Source: Eledone cirrhosa
Taxonomy: Eukaryota
DNA length: 64,000 bases
Direction of reading: 5' to 3'
Assembly (NCBI GenBank): GCA_964016885.1
Contig: OZ024757.1
Span: 17,918,001 to 17,982,000 of the forward strand
Shown: positions 1 through 13,182 of the stretch, in pieces
Layout: each line of letters opens with the position of its first letter
How positions within the stretch are numbered: the first letter of the stretch is position 1
The notes under the pieces: generated by a model
Seen by the model: only the letters and a program-made list of their open reading frames with translations
Told to the model about the DNA's origin: nothing
The model's database searches: none
Program-made: the position numbers and the translations under genes

Positions 1-492
1 GGATGTGGTCTGGGGGCCAAGAACACATGAAGTCTCCACTGCTGAAGGCTCTACCACAAACCTATCAGTAGGGATGTGGTCTGGGGGCCAAGAATACTGG
101 AAGTCTCCACTGCTGAAGGCTCTACCACAAACCTATCTGTAGGGATGTGGTCTGGGGGCCAAGAATACCGGAAGTCTCCACTGCTGAAGGCTCTACCACA
201 AACCTATCAGTAGGGATGTGGTCTGGGGGCCTAGAATACTGGAAGTTTCCACTGCTGAAGGCTCTACCACAAACCTATCTGTAGGGATGTGGTCTGGGGG
301 CCAAGAATACTGGAAGTCTCCACTGCTGAAGGCTCTACCACAAACCTATCTGTAGGGATGTGGTCTGGGGGCCTAGAATACTGGAAGTTTCCACTGCTGA
401 AGGCTCTACCACAAACCTATCTGTAGGGATGTGGTCTGGGGGCCAAGAACACTGGAAGTCTCCACTGCTGAAGGCTCTACCACAAACCTATC
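1..492. repeat. 71-bp tandem repeat (~7 copies, runs off window start), derived from CRE-like retrotransposon coding sequence
   Basis: GGATGTGGTCTGGGGGCC recurs at 1, 72, 143, 214 and onward (period 71). The minus strand of the unit reads DRFVVEPSAVETSSVLGPQTTSL. Confidence 0.9.
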
Positions 493-745
493 CGAAGTCT
501 TCCCTACTTAAGTCTCTACCACAAGCCTATCCGAAAGCGGCCGATACTTGGAAAGTTTTCCCTCTTCGGTTTGGTGGGCAACAGAGCCTGGGTTGGTAGC
601 CGAACACACCAGGTTGTCACATGTGTAGGGGTCACAGCATGTGGCATCCCAGATGAGGGGCCTAACTCCACAGAACGGGAAGATTGTCATACCGTCTCCC
701 AATCCAGCCATACACGAGCTGGTTCGCGGATATTTGCTCACTCGA
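493..745 (-). mobile_element. Fragment of a CRE/R2-type non-LTR retrotransposon restriction-like endonuclease domain
   Basis: Minus strand GDGMTIFPF..RPLIWDATC.D......SATNPGSVA...EE.KLSKY..L matches the PDG..WD.T..D..AG.AA..AE..K..KY motif of RLE-type LINEs, and continues into 'EPSAVETSSVLGP' in the adjacent repeat. Confidence 0.7.
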
Positions 746-865
746 CTCTGAAACAAAAATATGCTATAGCTTATATACTTTTGGTTTGTAAAATATCTGC
801 TGGAGATGATTCTATGTAAGCATTTAATTAGCGTGTGTGTGTATGTGTGTGTCTGGCTGGCTGTT

Positions 866-915
<50 letters not shown>

Positions 916-1039
916 GACACACACACACATATATATTTGTTTTACAAGATTGTTATACTTCATGAAGGTCATGTTGCCATTAAAAACACACGCACCTGTC
1001 AGTTTTCTCTTCAATTTATAACAAATTTCCCGTTGGTTT

Positions 1040-2400
1040 GTTTAATAACCAGATTATTAGATGAGAATTTTATGACCCTGACTATGTACTCCCGCTATGT
1101 AGATGACATAAATATCGTAGTAAAAACACCCCCACAGGAGAACAGTCAGGATTTAGAGAAGAACACCATGGAAAGCATCCAGCAAATAGCTAACTCCATC
1201 CACCAGAGTATTAAATTTACCATAGACTACCCAAATAAACACCCCAACCATAGATTATCTGTACTAGACACAGAACTCTGGTTGGAAACTATTAGTAATA
1301 GAACGCAAATCCTCCATTCGCATTATGCCAAACTAAAGACCTCCGAATACCTGATCCACTGAAACTCAGCTGTTTCGGACCACATAAAAAAATCAACATA
1401 CTGATTGTGGACTTAGTAAGAGTGGTGAGGAACGTGTCCCGCATGTGGAACCCCAAAGAATTAAAGAGACAACACTTCATCTACCACATGCAGTTCTCTG
1501 GCTACAATCAGAGAGACAAGATCAGGGTATATAAAGGAGCTAGAACCAAATGGGCGAAAATTGTAGAAAATGATGCAAATGGAACTTGCCCCATGTATAG
1601 GAGCAAATTTTGGAATAAGAGAGAAAGAATTAAGATGAAGACTAATAAAGTTAACTCATGCTATGATAGCAATAAATACTAGAGTGTGATGTTCGTCAAT
1701 ACAACCCCTAGAGGCAAACTACAAATTTAGAAGAGCTCTAGATAAACAAATATTAAGATAGCTGAAAGACCAGGTATTCCAATAAAAGACCTTATTAGTT
1801 GAACATATCCTCTAAAAACCCTGTACTAACTTCAAAACTAGGAACGTAGTCTATAGCATGAGATGTAGGGAGGGACAGTGTAGGAATAAGAACACAACTT
1901 ACATAGGTGAAACAGCCCGTAGCATAGGAGAAAGAATAAATGAACACTGGTGAAAAATCCAAAATGGGAAGAACTCATCAGTACTCCACCAACATGCTAA
2001 AAATCATATCCACACACAGGTTACAGAAACGACAAATATAAACGATCTCCAAACAAAATTAAACAGAAAATATGAACGGCATAACAACAACATCACAACT
2101 AGTAACTAAGGAGAAGATAAAGACATACAGAGACACACAAGACCCAAACTAATAAAATAAACCAGACACACACAGATAGATCAAACAATCAACTAGTGAC
2201 TAATGAATAAACATAAATAAATGAATTAATGCAAACACTCACCTGGATATAAGGCATGCGCAAACCAAGTACACAGCACACAGCACACTTTTGATGTAGA
2301 GGAGAAGAAAGGGGGGACACAAAATATAAAAAAGTAGTTACTATGGAGATCGCAGAATATGTGAGGACACAGCCTTGACAACTAGCCGATTATAAACTAA
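1040..2400 (+). mobile_element. Degenerate Penelope-like element (RT C-terminal half plus GIY-YIG endonuclease)
   Basis: YSRYVDDINIV (RT catalytic motif), IKFTIDYP..H..RLSVLD, then RNVVYSMRC..C....TYIGETARSIGERINEH at ~1840-1950. Multiple stops and frameshifts. Confidence 0.9.
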
Positions 2401-2421
2401 CACACACACATATATATGATC

Positions 2422-2607
2422 TTTAATATAGAAATGGCTTCTACAGGTCTAGAACTGTTTCATTCAAAATAAATCATCAAGATGATGATTTATTTTAAAT
2501 GAAACAGTTCTAGTACTGTAGAAGCCATTTCTATATTAAATAAGATATTTAAACTTTACTAATGTATTGAGTACCTTACTAACTGTGGTTTACCCCCGAA
2601 TGAACCC

Positions 2608-2608
<1 letters not shown>
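2422..2608. repeat. ~120-bp fold-back palindrome with a tail ending in (TA)n; related copy at ~22392-22576
   Basis: TTTAATATAGAAATGGCTTCTACAG...CTGTAGAAGCCATTTCTATATTAAA; the right arm has a degenerate TGATGA..GAAAC core; the tail carries GTATTGAGTAC. Confidence 0.75.
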
Positions 2609-2702
<94 letters not shown>

Positions 2703-2969
2703 ATATTAATAAAAATATTCGATTCCGTTGCAATTATGCAAACAAGCCTCAATTTTATAGCCATGTCAGTAGAATGAACCCCTCATTCTTGCCCTTATAT
2801 TGGCATATAAACAGAACTGCAGACACTACTGTTTCTCGGTATCACCCTTCATCAGCACAGCTCACTGTTCACGTGCCAACTGCCAGAGCCAGTCTGCTAA
2901 TATGCTATTATGAAAATCAGGCCGATCAGTCACTGTATATTTTCGAAAATAGCATATATTTTCACTAGC

Positions 2970-3655
2970 TCTGACACAGGAACGATGTACTAGTTCCAAG
3001 CAAACAAACCGAGCATTATAATAAATGTTCGGTAAACCGATACGTGCATATATATATGTGTGCATGTGTATATATATATATATATATATATACACATACT
3101 ACTGTACGTCTGTATACATATATATATGTACGTATACATACATACATACTTACATTTAAGTAAGTGCCGTACTAAGAGTGAGAAATGAAATTTCGTTTCA
3201 TTCTATTCCATTTATCGTTTTCGGTGTGCCCGGCCGACTGAACTCACTCGATATGCAAATTAGGCTGCTCAGCCGTTAATATGCATAAGGAAAGTAAATA
3301 CTTTCAGACGTTCAACCATCTGGCAGGAAGGTATACGATGCTGACGATAGCTAATAAGCTTGAAACTAGTACATCGTTCCTGTGTCAGTGTTGAACAAAA
3401 AGGTGACGTGGTTGCCTAAACACTGTACGGCGTAATTCGAGCTGTTTGTTTGTTTACAAACAAACAAAGCGAGCATTATAATAAATGTTCGGTAAACCGA
3501 TACGTGCATATATATATGTGTGCATGTGTGTATATATATACATACTACTGTACGTCTGTATACATATATGTATGTACGTATACATACATACATACTTACA
3601 TTTAAGTAAGTGCCGTACTAAGAGTGAGAAATGAAATTTCGTTTCATTCTATTCC

Positions 3656-3660
<5 letters not shown>
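2970..3660 (+). mobile_element. Hammerhead-containing A-B-A partial tandem element (unit ~460 bp) with short inverted 5' segment
   Basis: 3001-3213 is repeated at 3461-3660. The hammerhead lies in B. 2971-3001 is the reverse complement of ~3358-3388. The element ends in (TA)n. Confidence 0.75.
3336..3376 (+). ncRNA. Minimal type-I hammerhead ribozyme
   Basis: CGATG-CTGACGA-tAGCT aata AGCTt-GAAAC TA GTA-CATCG: full core, stem I CGATG/CATCG, palindromic stem III ACTAGT. Confidence 0.8.
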
Positions 3661-3697
<37 letters not shown>

Positions 3698-3737
3698 GAT
3701 ATTAACAAATGGAAACTATATTTATAAAACCATATTT

Positions 3738-3800
3738 ATTTCATTATACATATTTCAAGGACACCAAGTTAAATTATGGTGTGCTTTCATCAGATAAAAT
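3738..3800 (-). ncRNA. Type-I hammerhead ribozyme in an inverted pLTR-like segment
   Basis: Minus strand ATTTTAT-CTGATGA-AAGcACACCA..TGGTGTcCTT-GAAAT ATGT ATA-ATGAAAT, followed by AATAAA. Confidence 0.75.
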
Positions 3801-4270
3801 ATAATATAGATCAGTTTTATAAATAAATATTGACATACTCTTAAAGAATGCAACCATTACTGTTGGAAGCTCCCGGAGAGTGGAGTTGTAGCTTTAATTA
3901 TATTATTAGTATTGGATATTTTTAAAATAAGCCGTTGGGTTACGGAGAAAGAGAAAGATAGAGAAGGAAAGAGAGAGAAAGAGCAGAACAACAGAGAGAG
4001 AAAGATAGAGAGAGAGAAAGGAGACAGAGAAAAGGAGATAGAATGAAAAACTCTAAGTCATATCTTGTTGAGTTAACTTAACAATTGAGATGAAATGAAT
4101 AAATAAAATTAGAAATGTTAATAATCATGAATGGAATATACATATATATAATATGAGAAATTTAACCATTGTTTAAATATGATGAGAGGTTTAGTTAATC
4201 AGTTAAATATTGAGATCAATATATTAAAAATTGGGATCTATATATTAAGAAATCCATACATTATTAAAGA

Positions 4271-4465
4271 GGGCGGTGGATTGACAGTATCGGTAGAGGG
4301 TCGGACGCCATGCTTTCCAGCATAGTTACGTCCCTTTACCATCTGAGTTCAAATCCCGCCGAGGTTGACTTTGCCTTTCATCCTTACGGGGTCGATAAAA
4401 TAAAGTACCAGTAATGCACTGGTAATTGCTGGCCTTGTGCCTAAAGTAGAAACAATTATTAAAGA
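4271..4465 (+). mobile_element. tRNA-derived SINE (dominant family of this window)
   Basis: A-box-like head, B-box GAGTTCAAATCCC, core TTTGCCTTTCATCCTTACGGGGTCGATAAAATAAAGTACCAG, (ATT)n tail; target-site duplication TTATTAAAGA on both sides. Confidence 0.9.
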
Positions 4466-5352
4466 TCTAAATATTATATAACACGTATACACACGCAAAA
4501 ATACATACATATAAATATAAATATATATAAATATATATACACACTTATAAAATACATATATATATCTAACTACGTATATAATATATACATACAAAACATA
4601 AAGGATTCTTTAATTTAATTTAAGATATAGGAATCTTATAAACTGTTATAATTGTTAAGATATTAAAGGAAATTTTATGTTATACACACTTCATGTTATT
4701 AAACAAAATTATGTACATGTATGTCAATACACACAAATACATATATACACACATATAGAGAGAAGTATATATAAATACAGTACATAGTATAATTGAGTAC
4801 ATAAAATACAAAAGAATTATATTACGATTTGGAAATATAATTATAAGCAATATAACTTTAAAAACAATATAATTTAAAAATATTATAGAATATCTTAAGT
4901 TATAATTTCAAAATAATAGTATGTTTAATAGATTTAGTATAGAAATTTTCTACTTATATTTAACTTAATTTTATATCCATAAGAGAAATAAACAGAAACT
5001 TTGAAAGGATAAACTTTCGAAAATAGGAGAAGCTATCAGACAATAAAAAATAAAAAATATAAGAAATATTTTCTCCTTTCAAGAGCCCTCAGTATATTTC
5101 TCTAGAATAGTTTATTATATTTAGGAAGAAAAGTTATTTTTATTTGAGTGTATAATCAAATATTTGTTGAGTGCTTTATATCAGTTATAAAAATATTTGC
5201 TTGTTGTATCCCAACAATTTAAATAGAACTTTTACACACACACACACACATATATATATATAGAGTAATAATAATAAATTTGAAGACTAAAATCAATATA
5301 TAAATACTATATATAAATCTATATATAAATACTATATATATATATATATATA

Positions 5353-5556
5353 TAACGAAGGAGATGTGGTAAGGAACCAGATGGACCATAACGCACCAGA
5401 GTACTCAATACTTAGGGTAGTAGAGTGGGTAATATGAAAAAGTATGACCCCGACGGCAGAGCTCAAGCCGTTTCGACGGCTATTTCTGGACGCAAACAGT
5501 CCAGAAATAGCCGTCGAAACGGCCTCAGCTATGCTGTCGGGGTCATACCTTTTCCT

Positions 5557-5557
<1 letters not shown>
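5353..5557. mobile_element. (TA)n-embedded fold-back element, 'TAACGAAGG' family
   Basis: TAACGAAGGA..GTACTCAATACTTAGGGTAG.. followed by hairpin GACCCCGACGGC..TTCTGGAC / GTCCAGAA..GTCGGGGTC. Confidence 0.8.
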
Positions 5558-5650
<93 letters not shown>

Positions 5651-5655
<5 letters not shown>

Positions 5656-6385
5656 GCATACGTCAAGACGGGCGGTCTCAAAAGTGAAACTAATTTTACG
5701 ATTGTGAATTTGTTTGTTTTTTTACAACAGGTCTCAATAGTGAAAGTATAATGCAGACACACGCAATTGTATGGCTTTCTTAATATATATATGTGTGGGT
5801 GTGTATATGTGTGTATATATATGTGTGTGTGTATGTATATATATATATATATATATATGTGTGTTTGTATATATATATATGTGTTTGTATCATCATCATC
5901 GTTTAACGTCTATCTTCCACGCAAGCATGGGTTTAGACGTATATATATGTTTGTGTGTATATATGTGTTTGTGTGTATATATATGTGTGTTTGTGTGTAT
6001 ATATATGTGTCTGTATCTATATATATGTGTATGTGGCCACATATATATACACACAAACACACATATATATACACACAAACACATATATACACACAAACAT
6101 ATATATACGTCTAAACCCATGCTTGCGTGGAAGATAGACGTTAAACGATGATGATGACACAAACACATATATATATATACAAACACACATATATATATAT
6201 ATATACATACACACACACATATATATACACACATATACACACCCGCACATATATATATATTAAGAAATCCATACAATTGCGTGTGTCTGCATTATACTTT
6301 CACCTGTTGTAAAAAAACAAACAAATTCACAATCGTAAAATTAGTTTCTCTTTATTGAGACCGTCCGTCTTGCCGTATGCCACAT
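5651..6385. repeat. ~735-bp imperfect inverted duplication centred on GTGGCCAC (6033-6040)
   Basis: ATGTGGCATACG...ATCATCATCGTTTAACG on the left is mirrored by CGTTAAACGATGATGA...CGTATGCCACAT on the right; the arms differ by a few substitutions and one indel. Confidence 0.9.
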
Positions 6386-6734
6386 ATATATATATATATA
6401 TATATATAAACATGTACAGATACAAAGCGTATACACATGCACACATACAACTAAAAAAAAACACATCCACACATACAATAACATCCACACCTACACACAC
6501 ATGCAGACATATCTACCTAGTTGATGTTGTGTAAATTTCAATGAGAGAGTCTTGTGTCTTTGTTAGAAACCGGTTCTCTCTCTATTGGTAACATTTGTGA
6601 AATTATAAAACCAGAAGAATATACATACTTACAAATATACATATATACATACAAACATACATACATACACACGTACATAAATACATACACAGACATACAT
6701 ACATATATATACATTCTTCTCCCCATTTTTTCAC

Positions 6735-6774
<40 letters not shown>

Positions 6775-7145
6775 ATAAATGCGTACATTTATATACATAC
6801 ATATATATGTATATATTTACATACATATATATACATATATATGTATATATTTACATACATATATATACATATATATGTATATATATACATATATATATGT
6901 ATATATTTACATACATATATATACATATATATGTATATATTTACATACATATATATACATATATATGTATATATATACATATATATACATATATATGTAT
7001 ATATTTACATACATATATATACATATATATACATATATATATACATATATATATGTATATATTTACATACATATATATACATATATATGTATATATTTAC
7101 ATACATATATATACATATATATACACATATATATATGTATATATT

Positions 7146-7195
<50 letters not shown>

Positions 7196-7211
7196 TATAC
7201 ATATATATATA

Positions 7212-7590
7212 TAACAAAGAAGGTGTGGTAAGATACCAGGTGGACTATAACGCACCAGAGTACTCAATACTTAGGGTAGTAGAGTGGGTCCTAGGAAAAG
7301 AGTAGGGACCCCGGCGGCTGTGCTCCGGCTGTTTCGACAGCTAGATCCAAACTAGGGTTCGGATCTAGCTGTCGAAACGGCCACAGCTCAGCCGTGGGGG
7401 TTCTGATTCATTCCCTACACACACACACACACACACGCACCGCACATATATATATGTATTTAAACAGCAGGAGCTCAGCCGTTGGGGTCCTGGATTTTTT
7501 TCACATATATGCATTTATTTATATGTGAAAAAAATCCAGGACCCCAACGGCTGAGCTCCTGCTGTTTCAACAGCTAGATCCGAACTAAAG
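7212..7590. mobile_element. TAACGAAGG-family fold-back element plus a second nested hairpin
   Basis: Hairpin ~7305-7405 (GTTTCGACAGCTAGATCC / GGATCTAGCTGTCGAAAC) and hairpin ~7462-7567. Confidence 0.75.
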
Positions 7591-7764
7591 CTGGTTTAGT
7601 GTTGCTTTACCCCGATAGATGTCTTGAATTATCTAGTTTTATTACACAGATGGCGGCAAGGCATAGGGGATAAGGGGTTAGACAGAAAGCTAGGAGAAAG
7701 TGGGTGACTAGACCTATTGATCTGAAGATAATAAGCTTGTTAGTAGAGCACACACACATTTGCT

Positions 7765-8342
7765 ACTTTATTTTATCGACCCCATAAGGATGAAAGGCAA
7801 AGTTAACCTTAATGGGATTTGGACTCAGACCGTAAAGGGCCGTAACTCTATGCTGCAAAGCATGGCGTTCGACCCTCTTCCGATACTGCCAATAATAATT
7901 GTTTCTACTTTTGGCACAAGGCCAGCAATTACCCAGTGCATTACTGGTACTTTAATTTATCGACCTCGTAAATAATAATTGTTTCTACTTTTGGCACAAG
8001 GCCAGCAATTATCCCAGTGCATTACTGGTACTTTAATTTATCGACCCCGTAAATAATAATTATTTCTACTTTTGGCACAAGGCCAGCAATTATCCCAGTG
8101 CATTACTGGTACTTTATTTTATCGACCCCGTAAGGATGAAAGGCAAAGTTAACCTCGGCGGGATTTGAACTCAGAATGGCAAGGGCCGTAACTCTATGCG
8201 TCAAAGCATGGCGTCCGACCCTCTACCGATACTGCCAATCCACCGCCCAGTAAATAATAATTGTTTCTACATTAGGCACAAGGCCAGCAATCACCCAGTG
8301 CATTACTGGTACTTTATTTTATCGACCCCAGTAAATAATAAT
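7765..8342 (-). mobile_element. Cluster of tRNA-SINE copies with tandemly reiterated 3' ends
   Basis: AATAATTGTTTCTACTTTTGGCACAAGGCCAGCAATT..GGTACTTT occurs four times (~7893, 7973, 8053, 8253), together with two SINE heads. Confidence 0.85.
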
Positions 8343-8658
8343 GAAACCAGATCTTACCTACAGAGACTTTTAACACCCATTTTAAACTCTCCTCTCCTTT
8401 TAGCTGTTCGACAGTTTTGTTTTCTTGTTGGTCCTCTGCTAAAAAATGTCCGTGTTTGGTGTGTGTACATATGTATGTATATACATAGGCATATATATAT
8501 ATTGTCCCAATACCTTTATTTAGCTATTGCTCGCACCAACTGGAGGTATATGATTTTTAAAGCGATGAAATACCAATGAAGGTTGGAAAATCATTGATAA
8601 AGGACTAACTTTATTCATATGTAACCCATTTGCAAACATGCAGTATTCTATTCTCATG

Positions 8659-8715
<57 letters not shown>

Positions 8716-9073
8716 CGTATGTGTGAAAGTATGTTAGGTGTATCGTCGACAAGGTTGTAGAAAAGACTAAATTGATTTTTAGAATTTGTAGTTAATCTGA
8801 AAAAAAAAAAAAAAAAAATACATCATCAACAACAACAACAACAACAACAACAACAACTTTGGGATAAACACCAATAAGTGAACTTTAAACAATGATAGTT
8901 AAGTACTTACATATCTGTATAGCAACAGCCTGCGAATGTTTCAAGACAACAACAGCAACAACAGTAACAGTAACAACAACAACAACAACAGCAACAGTAA
9001 CAACAACAACAACAACAACAACAATATCAACAACCACATGAATAATTCTAATTAAAATAACTTAAATATGTAC

Positions 9074-9109
<36 letters not shown>

Positions 9110-9156
9110 AAATGTATATACGTATGTATGTGTATATGTATATACGTATGTTATGT

Positions 9157-9753
9157 CAGGTCACCAGTTGGTGCTACTGGTAACATGTATCCCAGTACAA
9201 CCTGTCTCATGGTCGGGTCGTTGGCGACTAAACTGGCAACCCCACCAAGGTTTCTTGGTGAGGAGGGTGACTTTGGACAAACCCTTGGACAAACCTGTCA
9301 AAGGGCAAAGGAGCTCTTAAGAGTCAATGGCCATCCAAAATCACTGGGAGAGATGACCCCTTAGCCTTTGTCAAGGCAGAATTCTAGGAGAAGGAAAACT
9401 CTGATATAACACCTGCAACCCTGATGGTATCCAATGATGTTGACTTGTTCTTCTTTTTGGTAAATATCATCTTGGTTAAGAGAGTGGGACTGGCTTTGTG
9501 CAGTGCCTTTGCTCACTATAAAAGCTTAACGGCACAGGCATTGCTTTATATCTGGAGATCTCTCTGCACTTGCCGTCACATGGTACCATGGACCCAGCAC
9601 TGTGTCAATAATTGTCACAAGTGTTGTGTTTGTACCAGAGTTTTCAAGTCGCTGGCTGGACTAAAAATTCACACTCGTTCAGCGCATCGGTAGGGGTTCT
9701 CCTACATGGATATAAAGTAGTGGCCGTACTCGAAAACGAGTTGGCAGCCACCA
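9157..9753 (+). mobile_element. Non-autonomous RTE-related element (5'UTR-like part joined to a zinc-finger-encoding 3' end)
   Basis: CTAGGAGAAGGAAAACTCTGA 5' motif. The 3' part encodes Cxx[15 protein letters not shown]. Related pieces at ~11200-11430, 26630-26730(-), 33430-33655(-), 45745-45847 and 53415-53548. Confidence 0.6.
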
Positions 9754-9891
9754 TATACGTATGTATGTATATATGTATATATGTATATATGTAAGTATAT
9801 ATGTATATATGTATGTATATATGTATGTATGTGTATATGTATGTATATATGTATGTATGTATGTATATATGTGTATATGCATGTATGTATG

Positions 9892-9931
<40 letters not shown>

Positions 9932-9962
9932 TAGATAGTTACATAACGAGGAGCACGCGGAC

Positions 9963-9997
<35 letters not shown>

Positions 9998-10136
9998 GCA
10001 TGTATGTATATATATGTATGTATGTACGTGTATATGCATATATGTATGTATATATGTATATATGTATATATGTATATATATATATATATACATACATACA
10101 TACATATATACATATATACATACATATATGCATATA

Positions 10137-10189
<53 letters not shown>

Positions 10190-10235
10190 TATGGAATACT
10201 GTTGGCTTTTCGCTACAATGTTTTCTATACCTTTC

Positions 10236-10279
<44 letters not shown>

Positions 10280-10478
10280 AGAGAGATCAGAGCAAACAAC
10301 ACGGACACTCTATCTCAAAATTATTTTTGAAAAGCATTTAGAAATGCGCAACCGGTAAAAACTTAAAAACTTAAAACCACAACTGAATACTAACCCATAC
10401 AATCACTAATACTCTTTTATTCCTAATTAAACCATTTTTCAACTGTGAACAATTTGTCAGCATTTTCTATTCCGTTTA

Positions 10479-10561
<83 letters not shown>

Positions 10562-10563
<2 letters not shown>

Positions 10564-11018
10564 GATATTAATAAATGGAAACTATATTTATAAAACCATA
10601 TTTATTTCATTATAAATATTTCAGGGATACCGCATTAAATTATGGTATGCCTTCATCAGACAAAATACAATATATAACAGTTTTACAAATAGGTTTGACG
10701 TACCCTTTAAAATACAACCATTACTTTTGGAGGCTGTCTGGATAGACTATCCAGACAGCCTCCAAAAGTAATGGTTGTATTTTAAAGGGTACGTCAAAGG
10801 TTATTTATAAAACTGTTATATATTGTATTTTGTCTGATGAAGGCATACCATAATTTAATGTGGTATCCCTGAAATATTTATAATGAAATAAATATGGTTT
10901 TATAAATATAGTTTCCATTTATTAATATCGTATATCTACTCCAAAAATTTGTCGAGTGCTTTATATCAGTTATAAAAATATTTACTTGTTGTATCCCAAC
11001 AACTTTAAATAGAACCTT

Positions 11019-11020
<2 letters not shown>
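10562..11020. mobile_element. Fold-back pLTR-like element with two opposite-strand hammerheads and a ~90-nt tail
   Basis: 10562-10745 is inverted at ~10747-10932. HHR(-) at 10604-10666 and HHR(+) at 10827-10889 (ATTTTGT-CTGATGA-AGGcATACCA..TGGTATcCCT-GAAAT ATTT ATA-ATGAAAT). The tail GAGTGCTTTATATCAGTTATAAA also occurs at ~5169, with a variant at ~32530. Flanked by (TA)n. Confidence 0.85.
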
Positions 11021-11102
<82 letters not shown>

Positions 11103-11761
11103 TATATATTCATGTATGTATGTATATGCATGTGTGCATGTGTATGTATATGTGCGGGGACATAGAAATAGTAGGGCTGGACACCCGATCGCGCGGTTAA
11201 ACCACTGGGATGAAGGACCCCTAACCTTTGTCAGGGCATTCTTCTAGGAGAAGGCAACTCAGGAAACTGGGATAACTCCGATATAAAACCTGCGGCTCTG
11301 TAGTTACCGATGATGTTGATCTTTTCTTCTTTTCGGGTTATAGCTACTGTCACTCAGAGAGTGGGATTGGCTCAGTGCACAGTCTTTCCTCACTTTAAAA
11401 AATATCTTCACGCACAGGCATTGCACGATAGAATTAATTGATAATGATTAATAATGGTATATCATGCAATGGCCATACTCGATAACGAGGGGGCAGCCAT
11501 CATGTATGTATATATGTATGTATATATGTATATATGTATACGGCCGCCGTTGATGGGTTAGTTTAAATGTGTGCTGCTTCTGTAGTGGGAGAGCCCCGAC
11601 GACTTCAGAGGTGAAGGGACTGGTGATGATGATGATCATGTATATATATGTATATGAGTATATGTCTGTGTATGTGTGTTTACGTATGTATATATGTATG
11701 AGTGTATGTATGTGTCTATGTATATATGTATATGTGTGTATGTATGTGTGTATATGTATTA

Positions 11762-11958
11762 TTGGTGGATTGGCAGTATCGGTAGAGGGTCGCACGCCAT
11801 CTTTCCATCATAGTTACGTCCCTTTACGATCTGAGTTCAAATCCCGCCGAGGTTGACTTTGCCTTTCATCCTTACGGGCTCGATAAAATAAAGTACCAGT
11901 AATGCACTGGTGAATTGCTGTCCTTGTGCCTAAAGTAGAAACAATTATTATTATTATT
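11762..11958 (+). mobile_element. tRNA-derived SINE
   Basis: Same family as 4271-4465. Confidence 0.85.
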
Positions 11959-12320
11959 GTCGTTATTATGTTTTTTTTTCTTCTTTTTCGTGCAATGGCC
12001 ATCCTCGATAACGAGGGCGCAGCCATTATGTATATGTATGTATATGTATATATGTATATATAGGTGGATGGAATTACTGATAAATAATTCCACATACACT
12101 TATGCACACATACATACATACATATACATACACTCATACATAAAAAGACATACCTACAGACACATACATCCACACACACATACATACACAGCCATACATA
12201 CACACATACATTGGTATATCGTTGGTAAGCCATGGCTACGAAAAATACTTAATACCGCTTATAATTATGAAAGGAAACTAACAGAGAGAAAATACCCATA
12301 CATACATGCACATACACACC

Positions 12321-12372
<52 letters not shown>

Positions 12373-12376
12373 CATA

Positions 12377-12423
<47 letters not shown>

Positions 12424-12426
<3 letters not shown>

Positions 12427-12637
12427 ACGAAGGAGGTGTGGTAAGGAACCAGATGGACCAGAACGCACCAGAGTATTCAATACTTAGGGTAGTAGATGGG
12501 TAATAGGAAAATGTTTAACCCCGACGGCAGAGCTCAAGCCGTTTCGACGGTTATTTCTGGACAGAAATAGCCGTCCAGAAATAACCATCGAAATGGCCTG
12601 AGCTCTGCCGTCGGGGTTAAACATTTTCCTTTATATA

Positions 12638-12728
<91 letters not shown>

Positions 12729-12919
12729 CGAAGGAAATGTGGTAAGGAACCAGGTGGACCATAACACACCAAAGTACTCAATACTTGAGGTAGTAGAGTG
12801 GGTAATAGGAACCAGTAAGACCCCGACAGCTGAGCTCAAGCCGTTTCGACGGCTAATTCTGAGTCCAGAATTAGCCGTCGAAACGGCTTGAGCTCAGCTG
12901 TCGGGGTCTTACTGGTTCC

Positions 12920-12961
<42 letters not shown>

Positions 12962-13060
12962 TATATATAGATATAGGAAAAAGTATGACCCTGACGGCAG
13001 AGCTCAAGCCGTTTCGACGCCTATTTCTGGACTAAAAAGAGGGTAGTAGAGTCGGTAATA
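12424..13060. mobile_element. Three clustered TAACGAAGG-family fold-back elements
   Basis: Copies at ~12424-12632, 12726-12920 and 12972-13060, separated by (TA)n/(TG)n; the first two end in near-perfect hairpins. Confidence 0.8.
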
Positions 13061-13182
13061 TGAACAAGTGTTCTGTTATTAATTCTGGCAATATTATTAC
13101 ACAAATATGACCCTCCCCAAGTATAACAATATTTGTTTCGACACACGATTTCATATAAAAAACCTCGCAAAACTAATTCATC

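Noticed and set aside
6550-6592. GAGAGA..GAAACCGGTT..TCTCTC hammerhead-like motif
   Set aside because: The CTGANGA core is absent, so it was not counted.
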